64,000 nucleotides of DNA. It comes from an uncultured virus (IMG/VR IMGVR_UViG_3300022917_000009) (Duplodnaviria; Heunggongvirae; Uroviricota; Caudoviricetes). The stretch lies in IMG/VR virus record IMGVR_UViG_3300022917_000009. One strand, 5' to 3'. The translations under genes were made by a program, and so were the position numbers. Shown here one piece after another: positions 49,422 through 56,969 of the stretch (the first letter of the stretch is position 1; every line of letters starts with the position of its first letter). The notes under the pieces were generated by a model. That model saw only the letters and a program-made list of their open reading frames with translations, ran no database searches and was not told where the DNA came from.

Positions 49422-49682
49422 ATGGCGAACGCGACACGCACCCCAATCATCCGGGCAGCGGCCCACGAGTTGAGCGATTATCAGAATGCGGGCACCGGAT
49501 ATGGCCGCACGATTCCCAGTGGGGAGTTTATCGTGGTTGCCCGCGACGCTCGCGGGGACGAGTGGCAACACTCCGCGCTCTTGCCTCGCGATGCGGCGGA
49601 GACGCTTGCGGCAAAGGTGCGTGAGGTGGGGAGCATCAACCGCGCGCATTGGACGGAATTTCGTGGCGTGACAGTCCGCTGA
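49422..49682 (+). CDS. first early gene, hypothetical
   Basis: AGGAG RBS after long AT-richer non-coding region. Confidence 0.6.
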   Translation: MANATRTPIIRAAAHELSDYQNAGTGYGRTIPSGEFIVVARDARGDEWQHSALLPRDAAETLAAKVREVGSINRAHWTEFRGVTVR

Positions 49683-49757
49683 CAGGTCGAAACGCCTCTT
49701 TGGCGTCCGATGGTTTTGCCATCGCTGACGAGACCAAATCCCGCGACGTTAGCGGAC
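49674..49757 (+). ncRNA. hammerhead ribozyme, type II
   Basis: GGUC-GAAA-CGCC/GGCG-UC^-CGAUGG(UUUUG)CCAUCG-CUGACGA-GACC; distal stem GUCCGCUGAC/GUUAGCGGAC. Confidence 0.92.
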
Positions 49758-49779
49758 ACTAGACGAGAGAGACGAGACA

Positions 49780-50019
49780 ATGACAATCAAGCTGCATATC
49801 GTGGCAACAGGGCGCGTGGCACCGTACGGGATCAATGAGACCGTGGAGACGCGCAAGGCCACAACGGCGGAAGGCGTGCGGCGAGTGCTGACTGCCGCGC
49901 ACAAGTCCGGGCATCAAGTAATGGCGTCCGAAATCGACGCGGCCAAGTGCGCGGTTTTGCGGCATGGCGTGACGGTGCCCGCAATGTCCGGGATGGTCCG
50001 CATCCTCGCCGCCTGCTGA
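49780..50019 (+). CDS. hypothetical protein
   Basis: purine-rich RBS; sits between two ribozymes. Confidence 0.6.
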   Translation: MTIKLHIVATGRVAPYGINETVETRKATTAEGVRRVLTAAHKSGHQVMASEIDAAKCAVLRHGVTVPAMSGMVRILAAC

Positions 50020-50023
50020 TAAT

Positions 50024-50093
50024 CGCAGAGCACGCGCGGCCCTTTACCATCCGCGCCGCGCGCAATGCGGCAAGCCGGGTTGCAAGCCCCGGC
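50024..50093 (+). ncRNA. twister ribozyme, P5-type permutation
   Basis: GCA-GA-GCA, P1 CGCGCGGC/GCCGCGCG, C^AA-UGC-GGC, P4 GCCGG-GUUGCAAGCC-CCGGC; L4 UGC pairs with GCA (T1). Confidence 0.8.
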
Positions 50094-50122
50094 GAAACTC
50101 AAATCACTTCGGAGAAATCACC

Positions 50123-50299
50123 ATGCAGGCACGAATCGAAAACGGCAAACTCATTATCGAAATCGCCCTGATAGATGCCGTTCCATCTTCCTCCGGGAAG
50201 TCTCTTTTGATAGTCCAAGGCGGAGCGCAAAAGCCGGGGATTCAGCACATGGGGCGCCCGGTGACGGTGTCGGTCAACGCCTTCATCCCCGCGAAGTAA
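50123..50299 (+). CDS. 58-aa conserved small protein (PSSSGKS motif)
   Basis: MQARIENGKLIIEI...PSSSGKSLLI...VTVSVNAFIP; GGAG RBS; below ORF cutoff. Confidence 0.65.
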   Translation: MQARIENGKLIIEIALIDAVPSSSGKSLLIVQGGAQKPGIQHMGRPVTVSVNAFIPAK

Positions 50300-50344
50300 G
50301 CGAATCCACTTTTCACCCTCGCCGGACCATCCAAGGAGACTTCC

Positions 50345-50488
50345 GTGCACGTGCTCTTGCTCCATCCCCTAATCGCTTTGGCCTTCCTCGCGGCAGACGA
50401 CCGAAACCTATTTGCCGACTTCGCCGCTTCGCAGGTTTGGGCAATGCATTCGCAGGGCTTCCAAGCTATCGTTTTGGAGGGGTTTTGA
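50345..50488 (+). CDS. small hypothetical protein
   Basis: AAGGAG RBS, GTG start, TGATG coupling to AAA+ gene. Confidence 0.45.
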   Translation: MHVLLLHPLIALAFLAADDRNLFADFAASQVWAMHSQGFQAIVLEGF

Positions 50489-51123
50489 TGCCAACCCTCG
50501 CCGACAAATACCGCCCCGCGACACTTGACGACCTCGCCGGGTTTGACGACGTGAAGGGCAAAATCCGCCGCATACTTGCGCGGGGAAATGGGGCAGGCGG
50601 TCGCGCGTGGTGGCTGTCGGGACCGTCGGGAGTAGGCAAGACTTCGGCGGCCCGCATCATCGCCGCAAGCCTCGCCCATCCGGCATCCGTGCGGGAAATC
50701 GACGCGGGCACGCTGACTTGCGCGGCCCTTGAAGACATCGCCGACTCTTGCGCCTCCCGGTCAATTTTTGTGCCGCACGGCAACGCGCTAATCGTGAATG
50801 AAGCGCACGGGTTGCGAAAGGACACAATCCGCCGGTTGCTTGTGTGGCTTGAGGATTTGGCGCCGTGGACGACCGTTGTTTTCACCACGACAACCAAGGG
50901 GCAGATGTCCCTCTTTGAAGACCATCACGACGCGGCGCCACTCCTCTCGCGCTGCCTGTCGTTTGACCTCGACACGAAGGGCCAAGTCCCAGCCTTCGCC
51001 GCGCATTTGGGGAAGGTCGCCGAACGCGAGGGCATCCCCGTAACTCTCGACGCGTTGCGGTTCATGCTCGCGGGGAAGTCCAATAATCTCCGCGCGTGCT
51101 TGATGGAATTGGAAACCGCCTAG
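50488..51123 (+). CDS. clamp-loader-clade AAA+ ATPase (DnaX/RFC-like, no collar domain)
   Basis: LADKYRP, GPSGVGKTS, IVNEAH, LLSRC, NLRAC. Confidence 0.85.
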   Translation: MPTLADKYRPATLDDLAGFDDVKGKIRRILARGNGAGGRAWWLSGPSGVGKTSAARIIAASLAHPASVREIDAGTLTCAALEDIADSCASRSIFVPHGNALIVNEAHGLRKDTIRRLLVWLEDLAPWTTVVFTTTTKGQMSLFEDHHDAAPLLSRCLSFDLDTKGQVPAFAAHLGKVAEREGIPVTLDALRFMLAGKSNNLRACLMELETA

Positions 51124-51181
51124 CGCTTCCGCGCGCTTCGCACCTCGCCGCCCGCAGGAAAGGCCAAGGAGGCCAAGGACA

Positions 51182-51334
51182 GTGGAGCGAATCACCGCCG
51201 CACAAGCTCAGATTATGAAGCAGGTTTGCCTCATTGATCAAGTACTTGGAAAGGGGGGCGTCGAGATTGCGGGAATTCACGACGCACAGGCAGAGGATTG
51301 GGCGCGAGCAGAATGGAGCCGCGCCAACCCCTAA
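51182..51334 (+). CDS. small hypothetical protein
   Basis: AAGGA RBS, GTG start, stop just before hammerhead. Confidence 0.45.
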   Translation: MERITAAQAQIMKQVCLIDQVLGKGGVEIAGIHDAQAEDWARAEWSRANP

Positions 51335-51340
51335 CTCCCC

Positions 51341-51397
51341 GCCCTGACGAGACTCCCTTGGCCGGAGTCGAAACGCCGCGAGGCGTCGGCAATGCCA
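51341..51397 (+). ncRNA. hammerhead ribozyme, type I with pseudoknot
   Basis: GCC-CUGACGA-GACUCC(CUUGGCC)GGAGUC-GAAA-CGCC(GCGA)GGCG-UC^-GGC; loop II UGGC pairs with 3' GCCA. Confidence 0.92.
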
Positions 51398-51417
51398 GAT
51401 GACAAGGAGAAACGGAA

Positions 51418-52188
51418 ATGGGATTCCAAGCGGTCCATGAGGTGAAAGAGGCGAAGGCCAAGCGCCAGGAGCGGGCGGCTTTTTACACGCCGTTGTCGCT
51501 CGTTGCCGAATTGGTGGAATGGGCGGCGCCAATGCCCTCCATGCTCTGCCTTGAGCCATCGGCGGGAGACGGGCGGATTGTCCACGCGCTCCGAGAGGCT
51601 GGCGTGCGCGTGGTCCATGCCTGCGAGATTGACGACACAATGCGGGCGAAGTGTGAGAGCGAGGGCGCAACGATCCTCGGCGCTGACTTTCTCGCGGTTC
51701 CTCCCTCGGCGATTTACGACCGGGTTTTGATGAATCCGCCTTTCATCGGCGCCACGTACCGCAAGCATATCGAGCACGCTTTCCGGTTCCTTCGCCCCGG
51801 CGGCATGCTCGTTGCCATCGCCCCCAGCAAGGCAGAATTCGAGGTGTCCCAATCCGAATGGACATTGCCCGGCTGTGAAAATGTCGCATTCGAGCGCGTG
51901 GAATCCGAACGGTTCAAGGAGGAGGGGACGAACATCGCGACGATCATTGTCCGCATCTATGCCCCCGACGACCACCCCGCACCGCTTTACGATTGCAGCA
52001 ACTACGCGACGGGTAACGCCGCCGTGACCGTGGGAAGCAATTGCGAGACATACGAAGCCATCCGCCGCGACCCTGAGCGCGTGCGTGAGATTTCCCTCCC
52101 GTACATGCGGGGCTTTGGCCTCACGGGCTACGGCGTAAACTGGCAAGAGGTGCGGGAATATATCTGCGGTGAGGACGGCGACCAATGA
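51418..52188 (+). CDS. N6-adenine DNA methyltransferase (orphan)
   Basis: FYTP, LEPSAGDG (SAM binding), MNPPF catalytic motif. Confidence 0.85.
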   Translation: MGFQAVHEVKEAKAKRQERAAFYTPLSLVAELVEWAAPMPSMLCLEPSAGDGRIVHALREAGVRVVHACEIDDTMRAKCESEGATILGADFLAVPPSAIYDRVLMNPPFIGATYRKHIEHAFRFLRPGGMLVAIAPSKAEFEVSQSEWTLPGCENVAFERVESERFKEEGTNIATIIVRIYAPDDHPAPLYDCSNYATGNAAVTVGSNCETYEAIRRDPERVREISLPYMRGFGLTGYGVNWQEVREYICGEDGDQ

Positions 52189-52577
52189 AAACTGCACAAA
52201 CCGAATACGTGGACTATCGCGCCCGCGCCGCTGCTGAATTTGCCGAACGCATCACGGCGTTAGGCTTCACGGTCTACCTCGCCGAGTCGGGCCGGTATGG
52301 ATTTATCACAGACAACACCGAGAAGCGCGTTCTAAGCTTTTCTTTCGATGGGATAGAGAACGCGCTAAGCGGCAACTATGGCCCTCCCAGCACTCAGAGC
52401 GGAACCGGTTGGCGCCTCGACTTCGGCCCGGAATCGCTGCAATCGAAAGAGGATGTCCGGCGCGCGCTCTATGCCCTTCCGGCGTTTTGCGGTAACGGCT
52501 GGAAGTACCTTACAACCGTCAAGCAGCACCTCGCCGAATATGGCGCATCGTCGCGCTACACCAAGCATGGAGCCTAA
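52185..52577 (+). CDS. hypothetical protein
   Basis: ATGA overlap. Confidence 0.6.
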   Translation: MKTAQTEYVDYRARAAAEFAERITALGFTVYLAESGRYGFITDNTEKRVLSFSFDGIENALSGNYGPPSTQSGTGWRLDFGPESLQSKEDVRRALYALPAFCGNGWKYLTTVKQHLAEYGASSRYTKHGA

Positions 52578-52579
52578 CA

Positions 52580-52665
52580 GCCCGAAACTCCCCGCCTTTA
52601 CATTCACTTCCACTTCCGCGCGGGGAGTCTGGCGGTTTTGCCGCCACTGAAGAGCCCGAAAGGGC
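52580..52665 (+). ncRNA. hammerhead ribozyme, type II, aberrant stem II
   Basis: GAAA-CUCCCCGC/GCGGGGAG-UC^-UGGCGG(UUUUG)CCGCCA-CUGAAGA; stem II interrupted by 8-nt GCCCGAAA. Confidence 0.7.
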
Positions 52666-52704
52666 CTTGGGGCAGTGCAACGCAGGGATCAAGGAGACGG
52701 ACCG

Positions 52705-53022
52705 ATGAGCGAACAGAACGAACCGGCGGCATCAATTCGGATGCACCACGGCGGGTTGTTTAATCAGTTGCTAAATGAAACCGGGCGCGAGGTCGCCGTA
52801 ATTGCCTCCCACGACACGGCGACGGGAGCGCGCATGGTTGACTCTTACAACGCGCTTGCCGCGTACCCTAACCCGGCGGCGGTGCCGGGCGTGGTGGATG
52901 CGCTGAAGCGAGCAATTTCCATAATCGAAGACTTGCCCTTCCCCGACGACCTGCCTGCCAAAGACCTCCGCGCTGCCCTTGCGGCCCTCGGCGCTCCCAC
53001 TGCGGCGGAGGTGGGGAAATGA
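52705..53022 (+). CDS. hypothetical protein
   Basis: AAGGAG RBS. Confidence 0.6.
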   Translation: MSEQNEPAASIRMHHGGLFNQLLNETGREVAVIASHDTATGARMVDSYNALAAYPNPAAVPGVVDALKRAISIIEDLPFPDDLPAKDLRAALAALGAPTAAEVGK

Positions 53023-53747
53023 GCATCTACGGGACCACCTACAAGCCGTTCAGCTACGTGAAGGCCGACGTGGCCGTTGCTTACCTCGTGGAAAAGGCCG
53101 GATGGGTTTTGCGCCAGCGTGACGCCGACCATGGCGTGTTGGTTGCGCCGCAGAGGGACGACAACGGCGGGGAAATCTTCTTCCCGGTCTATCGCTCGCA
53201 CGCCACATCGGCGCGGGCGTGGGCATTCTCCGAAGAGCAATTGCACAAGTATCCGGGCATCCTCTCGACGCTCGCCGCGCTTTACGGCGGCACCGCGCGC
53301 GACATGGCAACCGAGATTTCCGGGATTTACGAAACCATCGTTGGGCGCGATAATGCCGGGCATCAGCGGTTTGTTGTGTGCTTCGGACTTTACAAGCCCA
53401 TTCCTCCGTCCTTCGTCGCCTTTATGCCGGTTATTTTCTCCATGGGCGAGATGCTAGAGAACGGCGAGCGGGTGACTTGTTACGGCTTCGCCCGCTCTGA
53501 GGCCGACATACCAGAGGGCGCCGTCATTGAGAACGTTTCCGTTTCCTCGGCAGTCGCACTTGGCTGGTCGTACGAAAAGGCCAGCCTATACGACGAGGAG
53601 GGTGTCGAGGGTTGGCGCTGGACATCTCCCGCCGGTGATACGTTTGACGAAATTGGAGGCTGGAACGAAGCGCCCGTTGTTCCTGAGGCGGCACGGCATG
53701 CCGTGAAGCGTTCCGAGCAGGCCGACGAAGCGGGGAGGCGGGGATGA
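53019..53747 (+). CDS. hypothetical protein
   Basis: ATGA overlap, GGAGG RBS. Confidence 0.6.
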   Translation: MSIYGTTYKPFSYVKADVAVAYLVEKAGWVLRQRDADHGVLVAPQRDDNGGEIFFPVYRSHATSARAWAFSEEQLHKYPGILSTLAALYGGTARDMATEISGIYETIVGRDNAGHQRFVVCFGLYKPIPPSFVAFMPVIFSMGEMLENGERVTCYGFARSEADIPEGAVIENVSVSSAVALGWSYEKASLYDEEGVEGWRWTSPAGDTFDEIGGWNEAPVVPEAARHAVKRSEQADEAGRRG

Positions 53748-53914
53748 CAACCTCATTCACAATCAAATACCTCACCAAGTGCGACGATATGGGGCGGTGT
53801 CAATTCACCCTCTCATGGTGCCAGCATTACGCCCCCGGATACGTGGGGATGCCGTGGATGCGCACTCAGGTTTTCTTCGCCGATCCCACAAGCTACGGAT
53901 TTCCCAGACCATGA
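53744..53914 (+). CDS. small hypothetical protein
   Basis: ATGA overlaps at both ends (MTTSFTIKY...). Confidence 0.5.
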   Translation: MTTSFTIKYLTKCDDMGRCQFTLSWCQHYAPGYVGMPWMRTQVFFADPTSYGFPRP

Positions 53915-54117
53915 CAGACAACGAGCTAATCGAGTACGGATTCCGAAAGGGCCACTTCTGGTATCTCGGCGAATTCGCGAAGCCCGGCAATCCACGGCAC
54001 AGCATCGACATCGTGGACGGGTGGAGAATGTCGCCCGCTTTCAAGTCCGGGAGGCTATCGGCGAATGCCCGACTAATCCTCACCCAGCACGCCACCGGCG
54101 ACGGAGAAATCAAATGA
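53911..54117 (+). CDS. hypothetical protein
   Basis: ATGA overlaps. Confidence 0.5.
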   Translation: MTDNELIEYGFRKGHFWYLGEFAKPGNPRHSIDIVDGWRMSPAFKSGRLSANARLILTQHATGDGEIK

Positions 54118-54749
54118 TCGTTACGACCGCCTTTTGTGACCGATGCGGGAAGCAGCAACCGCCCGACGTGTATTGGGCGGAGGTCGTCAAGACCTTCGTG
54201 TTTGACCTCCGCGCCGACGGGATAAATGGCGTCCCTCGCAACGTGGACCTGTGCGGATCGTGCCGCCGCGCGGTGATTGCCGCGATGGATGAAGCACTCA
54301 AGCCGCAACCATCTCCCGCCCCCACGTTCGCCGCGCCCATGACGAACGGAATGCCGGAAGGACTGAAGGAAATTACTCAGGGAGCGATGGCAACAGGTCG
54401 CTACGAAGGCTCGGAAGACACGATCATATTTCGGTCGCCCGATGGGAATTGGCGCCCGGTTGCGCGCGTGACGACCAACGTAGACACCGAAAACGTACGC
54501 GCACTCTTCGCCGCCGCCCCGGACCACGCCCTGCTGCTCGCGGCGATAATGGCCGGACGCGCCAATATGCTCTATCCGCATGAGATGGACATGCACGCGG
54601 ACGAAATTGAGGGAGTGCCAACCGAGGTACTTGTGCGGGACGGCGATGGCACCGTTGCGTATCCTATCGTGCGTGATTCATTCGGTGGACAGATAGTTGA
54701 CGACGCCCTGCGCGCCGCGCTCGTGAAGGCGCTGGAGGGGAAGCCATGA
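54114..54749 (+). CDS. zinc-finger-containing hypothetical protein
   Basis: CDRCG and DLCGSC motifs. Confidence 0.55.
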   Translation: MIVTTAFCDRCGKQQPPDVYWAEVVKTFVFDLRADGINGVPRNVDLCGSCRRAVIAAMDEALKPQPSPAPTFAAPMTNGMPEGLKEITQGAMATGRYEGSEDTIIFRSPDGNWRPVARVTTNVDTENVRALFAAAPDHALLLAAIMAGRANMLYPHEMDMHADEIEGVPTEVLVRDGDGTVAYPIVRDSFGGQIVDDALRAALVKALEGKP

Positions 54750-54922
54750 GACGGTTGATATATCGACTCCTCGGCGTCTGCTTCCATCACTGGAAATACG
54801 GCGCAGTTAAGAACCTGACTGCGACAGTACCCGGCTCTCCCGGCGAGTGGGAAGTTACGCGCCAAGAGCGAACCTGCCGCATCTGTGGGAAGAAGGAATT
54901 TGCCAAGATGTTGGAGTTGTGA
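54746..54922 (+). CDS. small zinc-binding protein
   Basis: CFHHW...CRICGK; ATGA overlap. Confidence 0.5.
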   Translation: MRRLIYRLLGVCFHHWKYGAVKNLTATVPGSPGEWEVTRQERTCRICGKKEFAKMLEL

Positions 54923-55039
54923 TTCTGCCCGCCTCGAAGCCCCTCGCCTGCGGCAGCAAGAACACGTCGCGCGTCGCAGGTCTGAGGCTTCAGGGCGCGC
55001 AGGGTTGGCGCTAGAAGGACACGACAAGGAGAGCCGAAC

Positions 55040-55297
55040 GTGGGAAAGAAAACCGCCGCACCCGTATCGCGATACGAAGCTGCCCTCGCCGACGAACATC
55101 CTCTCGCCGAGTGGTGCGAAGCATTGGCGACGAAGCCGAAGACCCGGCACTTGTCGCCGGAACTGATCTACGACGCTGCCGTGCGCAATTGCTGGGATGA
55201 GCGCCGGTTACGTCTGATGAGCCCGGCAGACCTCGCCGCGCTTGAAGTCCCGCATCCGAGTGTTACATGGCCATCTATGATTGAGGAGGCGCTCTAA
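55040..55297 (+). CDS. hypothetical protein
   Basis: AAGGAG RBS. Confidence 0.55.
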   Translation: MGKKTAAPVSRYEAALADEHPLAEWCEALATKPKTRHLSPELIYDAAVRNCWDERRLRLMSPADLAALEVPHPSVTWPSMIEEAL

Positions 55298-55725
55298 TGC
55301 TCTTCGCCGTCGAAACCACAGCATCCGCCTCGGTGAACCCCGCGCCGGAGTCGTTCGTCCGCCGCCTCGCCATGAAGTTCCGCCGCTTCACCGACGCACA
55401 AACCGCCGCGCGGGACGCTTCACTCTCGGCGACAAAGGGCGTGCTGAAGTGCAACGCCCGGGTGGTGCCGGAAGATGCGGAAGCCGAGCACGAACTCTCC
55501 CGCATGAAATTCTGGCGCTCCTGTTTCGAGAAGGCGCTGGACCTCCGCGCGGCGCAGTTTGAAAAGGCGAAGGCCAAGGCGCTGGAATTCCCCTGCGCTG
55601 AGACGCTCGCCGCCGTCACTGTCACGAAGACCAAGTGGGAGACGAACCCGACGCACGATGAAGTCCTGCGCCTTGTCATCGCCGAGGCTCGCGCGGAGTG
55701 GGCGCAGAGGGAGCGGGCACGATGA
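55297..55725 (+). CDS. hypothetical protein
   Basis: TAATG coupling. Confidence 0.55.
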   Translation: MLFAVETTASASVNPAPESFVRRLAMKFRRFTDAQTAARDASLSATKGVLKCNARVVPEDAEAEHELSRMKFWRSCFEKALDLRAAQFEKAKAKALEFPCAETLAAVTVTKTKWETNPTHDEVLRLVIAEARAEWAQRERAR

Positions 55726-55940
55726 GGCCGAACACTCACTACTCCCGCGTGGTCTATATCGACTTCCCGGCTTCCGACATCACGACCCTGCGAGCCATCG
55801 AAGAAGCGCACGAATTGGCCGTCGAGGAGGACGTTGTTGTGCGCTTCAACCTCAACGGCTGGGATTGCGAAGTGACGCGGTGGCACAAGCCGAAGGAAGT
55901 AGATGCGGCGTTTAAGAAGTGGTTGAAGGCTGAGCTATGA
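55722..55940 (+). CDS. hypothetical protein
   Basis: ATGA overlap. Confidence 0.55.
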   Translation: MRPNTHYSRVVYIDFPASDITTLRAIEEAHELAVEEDVVVRFNLNGWDCEVTRWHKPKEVDAAFKKWLKAEL

Positions 55941-56242
55941 CTCTCCGCCGATTCTTCGCCGCCATCCTCCCCTCACCCTCGGTGCCCCGCCGCTTTCCGC
56001 GCGCCTTGGTCTCCTCCCGCATGGAATTCTGGCAGGAGGCCAAGCGCGCGCTGTACCGCGAGCGATCCGAGACGTTGAACCACCTGCAATCCATCGCCGC
56101 GAACTTTCCGGGCGATGAAAACGAGGAGCGGGCCGGGCGCGCCGCTCTGCAATTCTCGGTGCCCCTCACGCACGCGGAAATCGTCGGCTGGATTCACGGC
56201 GAGGCCCTGCGCGAGGCGATGGAAGAGAGGAGCGGGAGATGA
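55937..56242 (+). CDS. hypothetical protein
   Basis: ATGA overlap. Confidence 0.55.
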   Translation: MTLRRFFAAILPSPSVPRRFPRALVSSRMEFWQEAKRALYRERSETLNHLQSIAANFPGDENEERAGRAALQFSVPLTHAEIVGWIHGEALREAMEERSGR

Positions 56243-56463
56243 GCGGAATCGAAACGAACAACCGCGAGGATCGCGAGGATGGCCGGTGGTATGCGGCTTC
56301 AGGCAGTGGTTCTTCGGCGCGCCCTTGGTTCGTCGGGCGCAAGATAGGTCCCGGGCGAGGGCACGAAAATGCCGAGAGTAGCAAAGGCATTCGCAGGTGC
56401 TTCGCAACTCGCCGCGTCGCTCAGGATGCAGCAGACAAATTGAACAATGAGGTGGCCAAATGA
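56239..56463 (+). CDS. hypothetical protein
   Basis: ATGA overlap. Confidence 0.5.
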   Translation: MSGIETNNREDREDGRWYAASGSGSSARPWFVGRKIGPGRGHENAESSKGIRRCFATRRVAQDAADKLNNEVAK

Positions 56464-56609
56464 CCTCCCTCCTCTCCCTGTTTCCCTGCTCGCCCTTGCT
56501 GATCGTGGTCGTGCTGGTCGCCGGGTCTTTTGTCTGCGGGCTTTTCTCTAGGCGCCCGCCTGAGTCGTGAACCTCGACGAACCGCCGCACTTCATCCTCG
56601 CCGCTCTTC

Positions 56610-56644
56610 GCCCCTCCGCTCCGGCTGAGGGGCTTTTCTTTTTC
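56610..56644 (+). terminator. intrinsic terminator
   Basis: GCCCCTC..GAGGGGC followed by TTTTCTTTTT. Confidence 0.8.
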
Positions 56645-56753
56645 CCTCGGCGACAACCACTTCCGCACGCTAAATAATTCTCGCCCTACCCCGCATTATT
56701 TCCTTGACCCGGCGCCCGCATTTTGAGGGCATGCGGCCAAGGAGAAAAAGCAA

Positions 56754-56969
56754 ATGGCAGACAACAAGACCAAGCGAGCCCCGACGGTAAGCGCGCGGGA
56801 GTTCGCGGCGAGTCACGGAGTCCACGTCAAGACCGTGCATGCCGCGTGCCGGGCCGGGCTGCTGAAGTTCAAGAAGGACGCGCTCGGGTTTTATCGCATC
56901 CCCGACGGGCCGAAAAACAGGGCGGCGTTCGCGAAGCGCCCGGCGCCGGGAAGGAAGCGGGGGAAGTGA
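56754..56969 (+). CDS. excisionase-like HTH protein
   Basis: VSAREFAASHGVHVKTVHAACRAG; AAGGAG RBS. Confidence 0.65.
   Translation: MADNKTKRAPTVSAREFAASHGVHVKTVHAACRAGLLKFKKDALGFYRIPDGPKNRAAFAKRPAPGRKRGK

Noticed and set aside
50024..50093. Twister-sister assignment
   Set aside because: Lacks the GCUCA strand; GA-GCA/UGC pseudoknot and NAA-UGC-GGC fit twister better
51124..51181. HDV-like ribozyme after the AAA+ gene
   Set aside because: Could not build P1/P3 nested pseudoknot pairings
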